Translations under genes and position numbers: made by a program
DNA from: Candidatus Eiseniibacteriota bacterium
Lineage (GTDB): Bacteria > Eisenbacteria > RBG-16-71-46 > SZUA-252
Assembly: GCA_031370645.1 (NCBI GenBank)
Contig: JANMQV010000152.1
Coordinates: 1-64,000 of the forward strand
Direction: 5' to 3'
Length of the DNA: 64,000 bases
Notes under the pieces: model-generated
Told to the model about the DNA's origin: nothing
Seen by the model: the letters and a program-made list of their open reading frames with translations, nothing else
The model's database searches: none
Shown here: positions 29,304-38,595 of the stretch, in pieces
Layout: each line of letters begins with the position of its first letter
Numbering within the stretch: the stretch's first letter is position 1

Positions 29304-30697
29304 CCCCAGTCCGGTACGATGTCGCGATCCTCGGCGGCGGACCCGGCGGCTACGTGGCCGCCATCCGCGCCGGTCAACTCGGCCTGAAGACGGTTCTCGT
29401 GGAGAAGGAGAGGGTCGGAGGCACCTGCCTTCACTGGGGCTGCGTTCCGACCAAGGCGCTCCTCGAAACGGCCGAAATCTTGCGGATGACGCGCCGCGCC
29501 GGGGAATTCGGCGTCCGCGTCACCGAGGCGACGCTCGACCTCCGCGCCGCGCAGGAGCGGAAGGAACGCATCGTGAAGAAGAGCACGATGGGGACCGAGT
29601 CGCTCTTGAAGAAGAACAAGGTGGTCACCGTGAAGGGGACCGGCCGGCTCCTCGCGCGCGATCGAATCGAAGTGCGGGAGCCGTCGGGCGGCCTGGCCAC
29701 GGTCGAAGCCAATGCGATCATCCTCGCGACCGGCTCCAAGGTCGGCGGGCTTCCGATGGCGCCGGTCGACGGGCGCGTCGTCATCTCGAGCGACGACATT
29801 CTCGGACTCGACCGCGTGCCGGAGTCGTTGCTCGTCATCGGCGCGGGGGCGGTCGGCGTGGAGTTCGCATCGATCTACCATACGTTCGGGTCGAAGGTCG
29901 TCCTCATCGAATATCAGCCTCGGCTCCTCCCGATCGAGGACGCCGACCTCGGTGAGGCGCTTCAACGCTCCTTCACGCGCCAGGGAATCGAAGTCCACAC
30001 GGGCGCCAATCTGAAGAACGTTCGCGTCGAAGCCGACGCGGCCTGGAGCGAGTTCGAAGTCGGCGGCGAGATCAAGCGGATCCGAACCGAGAGGGTCCTC
30101 ATGGCCGCCGGAAGAAAGCCGGTCACCGAAGGGATCGGCCTGGAGACGCTCGGCGTCACGATGGACCGGGGCTTCGTGAAGGTGAACGGCTATCAGGAGA
30201 CGAGCGTGCCGGGCCTCTACGCCATCGGCGACATCACGACGAGCCCCGCCCTGGCGCATGTCGCCTCTCACGAGGGGATCGTGGCGGCGGAGCGGATCGC
30301 CAAGCATGCGACGCATCCGGTCAATTACGACGCCATCCCGTCGTGCACCTATTGCCACCCCGAAGTGGCGAGCGTCGGCATGTCGGAAGCGCAGGCTCGA
30401 GCCGCGGGGCGCCAGGTGCGAATCGGAAAGTTTCCCTTCACGGCGAACTCCAAGGCCGGAATTCTCGGTGAAGGAGACGGTTTCGTGAAGGCGGTGGCCG
30501 ACGCGGCCACCGGAGAGATTCTGGGAGTCCACATCATCGGCGTCCGCGCCACCGAGCAGATCGCGGAGTCCGTCGTCGCCCGCCACTTCGAGGCGTCGGC
30601 GCTGGAGTTGGCGGAAGTCGTGCACGCGCATCCGACGCTCGCGGAAGCCACCATGGAGGCCATGTTTGGAGCCGAAGGCCGAAGCATCCACATCTGA
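29300..30697 (+). CDS. lpdA: Dihydrolipoyl dehydrogenase
   Basis: [45 protein letters not shown]. Confidence 0.95.
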   Translation: MTPVRYDVAILGGGPGGYVAAIRAGQLGLKTVLVEKERVGGTCLHWGCVPTKALLETAEILRMTRRAGEFGVRVTEATLDLRAAQERKERIVKKSTMGTESLLKKNKVVTVKGTGRLLARDRIEVREPSGGLATVEANAIILATGSKVGGLPMAPVDGRVVISSDDILGLDRVPESLLVIGAGAVGVEFASIYHTFGSKVVLIEYQPRLLPIEDADLGEALQRSFTRQGIEVHTGANLKNVRVEADAAWSEFEVGGEIKRIRTERVLMAAGRKPVTEGIGLETLGVTMDRGFVKVNGYQETSVPGLYAIGDITTSPALAHVASHEGIVAAERIAKHATHPVNYDAIPSCTYCHPEVASVGMSEAQARAAGRQVRIGKFPFTANSKAGILGEGDGFVKAVADAATGEILGVHIIGVRATEQIAESVVARHFEASALELAEVVHAHPTLAEATMEAMFGAEGRSIHI

Positions 30698-31706
30698 GAG
30701 CGCTGCCGCATCGCTCCCGGGGACAAGTCCCGCGAGCGATTCGCAGCCGATCGGTCTCACGTTTCCCTCCGACCGGCGTCTGAAGGCGGGGGAGAAGCGG
30801 AAGCCGCTCCGCGCCTACGAGCGACTGAGCGACGCGCCGCCGCCGCTTCGGCGGCCCGACTGGCTCCGCGCGCGCATTCCGACCGGGAAGGCATATCTCG
30901 AGACGAAGGAAATCCTCCGCACGCTCGATCTCCACACGGTCTGCGAGAGCGCCAACTGCCCGAACATCGGCGACTGCTTCTCGCGCCACACGGCCACGTT
31001 CCTCATTCTCGGAAACGTCTGCACGCGCGCCTGCCCCTTCTGCGACATCCGAAACGGGAAGCCGCTCCCGGTCGATCCGCAGGAGCCGGAGCGCGTGGCC
31101 GACGCGGCGCGGCGGCTCGGCCTCCGCTACGTCGTCGTGACCTCCGTGAATCGCGACGAGTTACCCGACGGCGGGGCGTCGCACTTCGCCGCCACCATTC
31201 GCGCCCTTCATCGGGAGAACTCGGGCGTGCGCGTGGAAGTGCTGATCCCCGATTTCCTGGGCGACGAGGATGCGCTACGGACCGTGCTCGACGCGCGACC
31301 GGACGTCTTGAATCACAACATGGAAACCGTGAAGCGGCTCTACAAGCGCGTCCGCCCCGCGGGGCGTTACGAGCGGTCGCTCGCACTGCTTCAGAACGTG
31401 ACGAAGTTTGCCCATGGCATTCCCGCCAAGTCGGGCCTCATGGTCGGCGTCGGCGAAGCGAAGGAGGAGGTCGAGGAGCTGATTCGCGACCTCCACGCGC
31501 ACGGCGTTTCGACGATCACCATCGGGCAGTACCTGGCGCCCTCCACGTCGCATCTTCCGGTGGAGCGCTACGTGACGCCGGAGGAGTTCGCGCACTATCA
31601 CCGCTACGGCATGGCGCTCGGCGTGCGGCAGGTGGCGTCGTCGCCGCTCGTCCGCTCGTCGTTCCACGCGGAGGAGCAGGCGGGAAAGACTGTCTGGGTA
31701 GGGTAG
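30666..31706 (+). CDS. lipA: Lipoyl synthase (start uncertain)
   Basis: RPDWLR, CESANCPNIGDC, CTRACPFC, VTSVNRDEL, NHNMET, GQYL, VRSSFHA. Confidence 0.95.
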   Translation: MEPKAEASTSESAAASLPGTSPASDSQPIGLTFPSDRRLKAGEKRKPLRAYERLSDAPPPLRRPDWLRARIPTGKAYLETKEILRTLDLHTVCESANCPNIGDCFSRHTATFLILGNVCTRACPFCDIRNGKPLPVDPQEPERVADAARRLGLRYVVVTSVNRDELPDGGASHFAATIRALHRENSGVRVEVLIPDFLGDEDALRTVLDARPDVLNHNMETVKRLYKRVRPAGRYERSLALLQNVTKFAHGIPAKSGLMVGVGEAKEEVEELIRDLHAHGVSTITIGQYLAPSTSHLPVERYVTPEEFAHYHRYGMALGVRQVASSPLVRSSFHAEEQAGKTVWVG

Positions 31707-31736
31707 CGCGAAGCGAGGAGCTGGAAGCGTGCAGTC

Positions 31737-31763
31737 GGCCGCGGCGCCCTGGGTGTCGCGGCC
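31737..31763 (+). terminator. 12-bp GC-rich hairpin between convergent lipA and mgtE
   Basis: GGCCGCGGCGCC-ctg-GGTGTCGCGGCC with two G-U pairs on the + strand. U-tract weak. Confidence 0.4.
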
Positions 31764-31772
31764 TTCGCCGTT

Positions 31773-33107
31773 TTAGAGGAGGTTTCCCGCCAGGATGACC
31801 CGTGCCGTGCTGAAGTAAATGATGAGCCCCGTCACGTCGACGAGCGTGGCGACGAAGGGCGCCGACGCCGTGGCGGGGTCGAGCCCGAGGCGGCGAAGCA
31901 GGAACGGCAGCATCGATCCCACCATCGTGCCCCAGAGCACGATGCCGAGGAGGCTGACCGACACGGCGGCCGCTACGCTGAGGTAGTGCGGGCCGTAGGT
32001 GTGGAAGAGTTTTTCCCAGACGATGATCCGCACGAGGCCGATCGTGGCGAGAATCGATCCGAGGCCCAACCCCGCGAAGAACTCCCGCTGCACCACGCGC
32101 CACCAGTCGCGAAGCTTCACTTCGCCGAGCGCCATGGCGCGGATGACGAGGGTCGTCGCCTGACCGCCCGAATTTCCGCCGCTCGAGATCACGAGCGGAA
32201 CGAAGAGCGCGAGCACCACCGCGCGGGCGATCTCCGCCTCGAAGTGCCCCATGGCGACAGCGGTGAGGCTCTCGCCGAGGAATAGGACCGAGAGCCATCC
32301 GGCGCGCTTCTTGATCATCTCGAACAGACCCACCTGGAGATAGGGAGCCTCGAGAGCTACCGTACCGCCCATCTTCTGGATGTCTTCGGTGGCTTCTTCG
32401 CGAACGACGTCGACGACGTCGTCGAGGGTGACGATCCCCTTCATTTTTCCTTCGGCGTCGACGACCGGGATGGCGAGGAGACGGTAGGTGGAGAAGAGCC
32501 GGCTCACGTCCTCCTGATCCATCGCTTCCGGGACGGTGACGACATCCGACGCCATGACCTCCTGCACCAATTGCCCCGGCTTCGCCGTGAAGAGCTCTCG
32601 GTACGAGACGACGCCGAGAAGTTTCTGCTCCTGATCGAGCACGTAGGCGTAGGGGAGCGATTGCGTCCCTTCCGCGGCCTGGCGGCGGAGGTAGGTGATC
32701 GCTTCATCGACGGTGATGTCGGGGCGAACGCGCGCGTAGCGCGGATTCATCAATCCGCCGGCGTCATCCTCGGCGTAGGCGAGAAGAGCTCCGACGTCGC
32801 GGCGGGTCGGCTCGTCCAACTGGGCGAGGAGTCCTTCGCGCTCGTGGTGCGACACCTCCTGCACCAAGTCGGCGGCGTCGTCGGGGGCGAGGAGACGGAA
32901 CCAGGAACGGCGCTCCGCGGGCGGGAGTCCAAGGATGAGATCGGCCTGGTCCCGCGCCGAGAGTCCGAGGAAGAAGTCCTCCGCGTCCGTGCGTTCGAGC
33001 GCGCGAAACGCCTCCAGGCGATCGTCGGAGACGAGAAGCGACCACGCGTCCTGGAGGTCTTCGAGCGAGAGCTGCTCGGGTGCTTCCGGGTCCACCGAAG
33101 GCGGCAT
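31773..33107 (-). CDS. mgtE: Magnesium transporter MgtE
   Basis: MgtE_N helices, YAEDDAGGLM, CBS pair, EEATEDIQKMGG, SSGGNSGGQ, DPATASAPFVATLVD. GGAG upstream of ATG 33107. Confidence 0.95.
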   Translation of the reverse strand: MPPSVDPEAPEQLSLEDLQDAWSLLVSDDRLEAFRALERTDAEDFFLGLSARDQADLILGLPPAERRSWFRLLAPDDAADLVQEVSHHEREGLLAQLDEPTRRDVGALLAYAEDDAGGLMNPRYARVRPDITVDEAITYLRRQAAEGTQSLPYAYVLDQEQKLLGVVSYRELFTAKPGQLVQEVMASDVVTVPEAMDQEDVSRLFSTYRLLAIPVVDAEGKMKGIVTLDDVVDVVREEATEDIQKMGGTVALEAPYLQVGLFEMIKKRAGWLSVLFLGESLTAVAMGHFEAEIARAVVLALFVPLVISSGGNSGGQATTLVIRAMALGEVKLRDWWRVVQREFFAGLGLGSILATIGLVRIIVWEKLFHTYGPHYLSVAAAVSVSLLGIVLWGTMVGSMLPFLLRRLGLDPATASAPFVATLVDVTGLIIYFSTARVILAGNLL

Positions 33108-33213
33108 GCGATCGAGTCTCCAACGGGGAGTGGGACGCGAGGCGGCACGATCGGCGCCGCGTGTCGGCCATGCTACGCCGCGCGGGGGCGGAACGGCAAG
33201 CGCGGCGGCTCCG

Positions 33214-33423
33214 GGGGGCGTTCTCTGCGACGTGCTCCCTCCCGACATCGACGGGGCGGACGCGCTTTGCCGGTTTCGCGCGCTCGATCCGGAATTGCCG
33301 ATCATCACCATGACAACATTCGGGACGGTCGAGATGGCGATTCGCGCGCTGGACGAGGGCGCGTTCGATTGCGTCCGGAAGCCCTTCGCGATCGAGGCGG
33401 TGCGAAATTACGTCGCGCGCGGC
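33214..33423 (+). pseudogene. Remnant of an NtrC-type response-regulator receiver domain
   Basis: VLCDVLPPDIDGADALCRFRALDPELPIITMTTFGTVEMAIRALDEGAFDCVRKPF matches the C-terminal part of a REC domain. No N-terminal acidic pocket, credible start or output domain. Confidence 0.6.
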
Positions 33424-33725
33424 GACGTTCTTGGTGTTGCCGCGGGGGTCGCTCTACCGCATGTTGGAGCGGTTCAAGGCGGAGGCAGCGGATCGGGCCA
33501 ATCTAGCGCATTGGCCCATTTCACTAACTTAGGTAACCCATTCGGATTACGCCGCTTAGACGGATTGATCCCGTTGAGAGACCAAGGAGAGCGTGCCGAA
33601 ATGCTCAACCCGACCGACAACTCGATCCGTAGTTCGCTCCCTTGGCTCTCGAGGTCGCGGTCGTCAGCGAGGATTGCCCCCCACATCTCGCGCCGGCCCC
33701 TCCCGAGAGCCTTTTCTTATCTCCG

Positions 33726-33755
33726 TGGACAACCGCGCCGGCACGTCCCTAAACT
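33726..33755 (+). promoter_or_regulatory. Promoter TGGACA-N18-TAAACT just before the PPIase start
   Basis: The -10 ends 10 nt before GTG 33765 and there is no SD, consistent with a (near-)leaderless transcript. Confidence 0.45.
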
Positions 33756-33764
33756 CACTTCCCC

Positions 33765-36700
33765 GTGATCTCGCTCGACACTCGCTCCTGGAGCGCCGCC
33801 ATCGCCCCCATTCGTCGTGCCGTTTCGTCCGTCGCGCTTCTATTCCTCACGCTGCAATTCAATCCCGCACCGCAACTCTTCGCGCAGGGTGCGGCCGCCA
33901 CCCAGGCAGCGGCGCCTCCGGCGGCAGGCACGCCCGTACCGGGCCTCGAGGTGCTCGGCATCGTCGACGGAATTCCGATTCATCAGTTCGAGTGGGATCG
34001 GCTGGCGACGCCCTATTACCGTGAAGTCGAAGGGGAAGCGGGAAGAAAACTCACGGCGGACGAGCAGCGCCTTCTTCGCGAAAACGTCCTGCATGAATTG
34101 ATTCGCGAGCGACTCTGGCTCGCCGACGGGCGGCGGCGGGGCATGACCGTGCCGGACGCTGAAGTCGACGCCCGCATGAAACAGAGCCAGTTCTTCAAGA
34201 CGAACGGCCGCCTGGACGAAGGGAAATTTCTCGCCTTCAAGCGATCGCCCGCCTCGAACTACCCGGAACTCCGCGCCCAGCTCGCCATGGGTCTCCTCTT
34301 GGAACAGTACACACGATGGATGGAGCGGCGATTCGGTCCGCGCGACACCGAATTGAAGCAGGCGTATCGGGAGCGGACGTCGCTCGCGACGATCCGCTTC
34401 CTCCACCTCGGGCCCGATGCCGTCTCCCTCGACCCCGAGGCGACGGAAGCGGAAATTCGTGCTTACTACGACGAGCATCCGGCGGAATTCCAGGCGCCCG
34501 CCGAAGCGCGCATCCAGTACGTGAAGATCCAGCAGCCCGTCCCCGAGCCGGCCGCGGCCGACACTTCGCGGGACGCGGCGGCGCAGGCATCGCTTCGCGC
34601 GGGAAAGGAATTGCTCGCGGCCATCCAAGCGGGGGCGCCACCGGAGACGGCCGCGCGCATCCACGGAGGGTTCCACGACAGCGGGAATTTCCGCGTGGGG
34701 GATCCGATTCGCGGGCTCGGCCGGAGCGACCTCTTGACCGACGCCGTGAGCGGCACTGAGGCCGGCGCGTGGATCAAGGAGCCTATTCGGATCGGCGGTT
34801 TCCATGTCGTTGCCCGCGTCGTCGAGAAGAAGAGTTCACGCGCGGTTCCATTCAGGGAGTCGGTCGCCCTCGCGAAGCGCCGCGCCGACGCGGCGAAGCG
34901 CGACGAATTCATCGATTCGCTGGCGCGCGCGGAGGTGACGCGGCGTTCCGACGAGTACAAGCATCCACGACTGGTCGCGACGGTCCTCGCCCGCCCGCTC
35001 GCGGCGTTCGAGGATCCGAAACCGATCGCCGCGAAGGAGATCAAGACGGCGCTCGACCGAGCGCGGAAGGCCGCGCGCGTGAGCGACACGGCGCGCGTCT
35101 GGCTCGATTCCGTTCGAACCACGCTTCCCGCACTTCTCGCGGCCGATCGCCGCGCGGCCTCGGCCGCGAAGGCGATGCGCGACGTGGCGGCGGACCTCCG
35201 CCGCGGCGACCGGGGTGACGATGTCGCGGCGCGGCGGCTGGCGACCCTCTCCCGCCTCGGGCTCTGGAAAGGGGAACCGCCGGCGCGCGCCGGTCTTGCC
35301 GAGGGCGCGTTCCTCGATTCGCTCTACGCGCTTCGGGCCGGCGGCGTCGTCGGGCCGCGCGTCGCGCGCGATTCGATCTTCGTCGCCCGCGTCGATTCGA
35401 TCGACCTCACGTTCGTGCCGCCCTACGAGGCGCTTCGCCAAGAGGCTCGCGCCGCCGCGATCCAGTCGAGCCACCTGAAAGCGGAGCGGGACGCGGAGGC
35501 GTGGTTCGCGGATCGCCGCGAGAAATACCTCACGCCTCCGAAGTACGTGATCGATCTCGTCACCTTCCCGTCGAAATCGAAGAGTGATACGACGCTCGTG
35601 CTGGAGGATTCGGTCGCCGCGTACCACGTGGCCCATCCGCTCGAATTCACGGAGCCGGCGAGGATCCGCGTTCGTCACATTCTCGTCTCGGCGCGCTCTG
35701 CCGACTCGCCGCGCGTGAAGGAGGAAGCGAAGGCGAAGGCCGTGGCGCTCCGCGCGCGGCTCCGGAAGGGCGAGGACTTCGCCGCCGTGGCGCGCGAGGC
35801 ATCGGACGACAAGGGATCGGCGTCGCGCGGCGGCGACCTCGGCGAACTCCTTCGGAGCCAGTTGGTCCCCGAATTCGCGAACGCCGCCTTCGCGCTTCCC
35901 CCAGGAGAAGTGAGCGAGCCGGTGCTGACCCCCTTCGGCTATCACCTAATCCGCGTCGACGAGCGAACTCCCGAACGGCTTCGCCCGCTCGAGGAGTGCC
36001 GGTCGGAGATCCGAAAATTTCTTTCGGAACAGTGGGCCGACACGCTCGCTCGGCGGGGCGCCGAGGCGCTCATCGAGGCGGCGCGCGACAGCGCCTCGTT
36101 CGCCGCGCTCTCCGCACCGGCGGGAGGCGTGCATCGTTTTGGCCCCGTCGGGAACAACGACCGCCTGGGCGAGATTGGGCCGGTCCTGGGGGTGAGCGAG
36201 TGGCTCGCCCCGGTCGCGGAGGGGACGATCACGCCGGAGCCGCTTTTCACGCAGGAGGGATATCTCGTCGCGCGAAAGTTGCGTGAGATCGCGGCGACGC
36301 GGGCCCCGTTCGCCGACGTGCGCGACAAGGTCGTCGCGGACTACCAGATCAGCCGAAGACGCGCCATCGCCGACTCGCTCGCGAACCACGTTCGCGAAGC
36401 GCTCGCGGCCGGCGCCGACCTCGACTCGCTCGCCGTTCCGTTCGGCGGACTCCGGATGAGCCGCCCCTTCGGCCGCTCGGGGCCGATTCCCGAATTCGCG
36501 CGCGACGCCTCGCTCGGACGCGACTCGCTCTACCTCGAGCGCGTCTTCGCCTCGAAGCCGGGCGCGGCGCTGCCGCCGCTCTCGGGCTCGAGCGGCACGC
36601 TCTTCGCGCTTCTCGAGTCGATCGTGGACCCTCCCGCCGCCGAGTTCTCGAAGCGGCGGGACGAGCTCCGTCGCGAATTGCTCGAGCAGCGGACCGCCGC

Positions 36701-36773
36701 GTGGACCGAGCGGCTCCGTTCGCGCGCGGTCGTCACGATCCGCCGCGCCGATTTGAAAGTTCTCCTCCACTGA
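33765..36773 (+). CDS. Large periplasmic SurA/PpiD-like parvulin peptidyl-prolyl isomerase/chaperone
   Basis: Signal-like N-terminus, SurA_N-like region, intact parvulin (VRHILV, GEDFAAVAREASDD.GS..RGGDLG, PEFANAAF, PVLTPFGYHLIRV) plus degenerate copies. Confidence 0.85.
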   Translation: MISLDTRSWSAAIAPIRRAVSSVALLFLTLQFNPAPQLFAQGAAATQAAAPPAAGTPVPGLEVLGIVDGIPIHQFEWDRLATPYYREVEGEAGRKLTADEQRLLRENVLHELIRERLWLADGRRRGMTVPDAEVDARMKQSQFFKTNGRLDEGKFLAFKRSPASNYPELRAQLAMGLLLEQYTRWMERRFGPRDTELKQAYRERTSLATIRFLHLGPDAVSLDPEATEAEIRAYYDEHPAEFQAPAEARIQYVKIQQPVPEPAAADTSRDAAAQASLRAGKELLAAIQAGAPPETAARIHGGFHDSGNFRVGDPIRGLGRSDLLTDAVSGTEAGAWIKEPIRIGGFHVVARVVEKKSSRAVPFRESVALAKRRADAAKRDEFIDSLARAEVTRRSDEYKHPRLVATVLARPLAAFEDPKPIAAKEIKTALDRARKAARVSDTARVWLDSVRTTLPALLAADRRAASAAKAMRDVAADLRRGDRGDDVAARRLATLSRLGLWKGEPPARAGLAEGAFLDSLYALRAGGVVGPRVARDSIFVARVDSIDLTFVPPYEALRQEARAAAIQSSHLKAERDAEAWFADRREKYLTPPKYVIDLVTFPSKSKSDTTLVLEDSVAAYHVAHPLEFTEPARIRVRHILVSARSADSPRVKEEAKAKAVALRARLRKGEDFAAVAREASDDKGSASRGGDLGELLRSQLVPEFANAAFALPPGEVSEPVLTPFGYHLIRVDERTPERLRPLEECRSEIRKFLSEQWADTLARRGAEALIEAARDSASFAALSAPAGGVHRFGPVGNNDRLGEIGPVLGVSEWLAPVAEGTITPEPLFTQEGYLVARKLREIAATRAPFADVRDKVVADYQISRRRAIADSLANHVREALAAGADLDSLAVPFGGLRMSRPFGRSGPIPEFARDASLGRDSLYLERVFASKPGAALPPLSGSSGTLFALLESIVDPPAAEFSKRRDELRRELLEQRTAAWTERLRSRAVVTIRRADLKVLLH

Positions 36774-36782
36774 GTTTTCCGC

Positions 36783-36811
36783 TTGCGGCGCTTTCCACCC
36801 GCGCCTAGCAT
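36783..36811 (+). promoter_or_regulatory. Promoter TTGCGG-N17-TAGCAT for radC
   Basis: Direct match. AAGGAG SD precedes ATG 36859. Confidence 0.5.
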
Positions 36812-36858
36812 CCGGTTGCCCCGCTTCACCCCCGCGGCCCGGCTCGGAAGGAGAACCG

Positions 36859-37548
36859 ATGACCGGGACCCACGCACCGACGATTCAAAGCCGAGACGAA
36901 CAGGAGCGACCGCGAGAGCGGCTTCTCGAGTGGGGCGCCGCGGCGCTCACGGATGTCGACCTCCTGGCGGCCATCCTCGGCACCGGGACGTCTGGCGCCG
37001 ACGTGCTCGAGACCGCCGGACGTCTGGCGCGCTCCGTCAACATCCGGCGGCTCCACTTGGTGCCGGCCGAAGACCTGCTCGCCGTGCGCGGCCTCGGTCC
37101 GGCCCGCGCCGCCCAGCTCCTCGCGGCCGCCGAATTGGGGCGGCGTCTCTGGCCCGACGGGGAAGCGGCGCCGCTCGTCCGCGGACCCGAACAGATCTAC
37201 GAATTGACCCGCGACATTCGTACGGCGAATCGAGAGCATTTCGTCGGCTTCTATCTGAACTCGCGCCATCAGGTACTCCGCCGCGATATCATCTCGATTG
37301 GAAGTCTGAACGCGAGCATCGTTCATCCGCGCGAGGTCTACCTGCCGGCGATCGCGCTTTCGGCGGCGAGTCTCGTTCTCGCGCACAACCACCCTTCGGG
37401 GGATCCGACCCCCAGCGAGGAAGACTTGGCCATCACGCGGCGCCTGCACGAAGCGGGGCGGCTCCTCGGCATCGAACTCGTCGATCACGTCGTCGTCGCG
37501 CGCGACGCCTATGCGTCGTTTCGAGAGCGGAAGCTGCTCCGCGGATGA
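36859..37548 (+). CDS. radC: RadC family JAB-domain protein
   Basis: ERPRERL, LLAAILGTG, VHPREV, HNHPSGDPTPSEED, LVDHVV. Confidence 0.95.
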   Translation: MTGTHAPTIQSRDEQERPRERLLEWGAAALTDVDLLAAILGTGTSGADVLETAGRLARSVNIRRLHLVPAEDLLAVRGLGPARAAQLLAAAELGRRLWPDGEAAPLVRGPEQIYELTRDIRTANREHFVGFYLNSRHQVLRRDIISIGSLNASIVHPREVYLPAIALSAASLVLAHNHPSGDPTPSEEDLAITRRLHEAGRLLGIELVDHVVVARDAYASFRERKLLRG

Positions 37549-38573
37549 AACGTTCGGCGCCATTCGTGCTCCACGCGCTTCTCGTGACGCACCTCGCGGT
37601 GCTTCTCGGCGCGTTGACCGGCTGCGGAGGGAGCGCGACTTCCTCCGGAACGCGGGCGGAGATCGACGACGGCGCGCCTCCCTCGTTCCTGGTCGCGAGC
37701 GCCGACACGGCACTCGCATCGGGCGACCCCGAAGGGGCACGCCGTCTCCTCCTCCGGGCCGAGAAGGCCGCGCCCGAGAGCGCCTTCGTCCATCTCGGTT
37801 TCGGACGCCTGCTGACGGCGCTCCGCCGCTACAAGGACGCCAAGGAATCGTTCGAGCGGGCGGCAGCGCTCGACCGGACGAGCCCCGAGCCGGCCTATTG
37901 GCTCGGCAGGGCCTACCAACAATCGGGCGACCTCGCGGCGGCGGCCGAGGCGTACGGGGTCGCGCTTCGGCTCGATCCGAATCACCGCGCGGCGGCCGCG
38001 GCGCTCGCGCCGATCTTGGGTGCCCGCTTCGAGGCGGCCGGCATTCCGGGCGAGTACGCCCTCCTCCGCGACCGGTCGACGCTCACGCGTGGCGAGATGG
38101 CGGTCGTGCTCGCCGTGGAATTGGGGGCCGACCCCGATCGCGCCGCGTGGCGGTCGGATGCTTCACATCCCGAGGCAAATGAAGAACTCGCCACGGCGTG
38201 GGGCGCGAAATGGGCCAAAGCAGCGGCGTCGCGCGAATGGATCACGCCCTTCGCCGACGGAAGCTTCCATCTCGACGATCCGGTGACGCGCGCGGCTCTC
38301 GCGTTAGCGCTCCTTTCCGTCGAACGCCGGTGGGGGATCGCCACCGGCGCGGCGCCGCCCGAGACGACGACGGTCGCCTTTCCCGATGTCGGTCCGCGCC
38401 ACTATCTCTACCGCGCGGCCACGAGAGCGACCCTCGCCGGGCTACCACGGAGGGGCGAAACGGGCCGGTTCGAGCCATGGGCCTCGGCCACAGGAGTCGA
38501 AATGATGGAGGCGATTCGTGGTCTGGCGCGCCGTCTGGGGGCAAGTCCGGTCGTTTCGTCGGAACAGCGTTAG
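37545..38573 (+). CDS. TPR + SLH-like domain lipoprotein
   Basis: ATGA overlap with radC, lipobox LTGC, TPR helices, SLH-like TLTRGEMA, FADGSFHLDDPVTRAALA, FPDV..RHY. Confidence 0.75.
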   Translation: MKRSAPFVLHALLVTHLAVLLGALTGCGGSATSSGTRAEIDDGAPPSFLVASADTALASGDPEGARRLLLRAEKAAPESAFVHLGFGRLLTALRRYKDAKESFERAAALDRTSPEPAYWLGRAYQQSGDLAAAAEAYGVALRLDPNHRAAAAALAPILGARFEAAGIPGEYALLRDRSTLTRGEMAVVLAVELGADPDRAAWRSDASHPEANEELATAWGAKWAKAAASREWITPFADGSFHLDDPVTRAALALALLSVERRWGIATGAAPPETTTVAFPDVGPRHYLYRAATRATLAGLPRRGETGRFEPWASATGVEMMEAIRGLARRLGASPVVSSEQR

Positions 38574-38595
38574 TTCCCGGTGGTAAAATAGAAGG

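Noticed and set aside
33474-33686. 70-aa minus-strand ORF
   Set aside because: Atypical codon usage, no recognisable family, coincides with the base-paired region.
33421-33760. M-box, c-di-AMP riboswitch or 6S RNA identity for the structured region
   Set aside because: Only short fragments resemble them (e.g. GGTTCAAGG); conserved cores were not found by eye, so it is left as an unknown candidate.
36859-37548. radC as a marker of a mobile or anti-restriction element
   Set aside because: Full-length chromosomal type with N-terminal HhH region; no integrase, att-like repeats or compositional shift.
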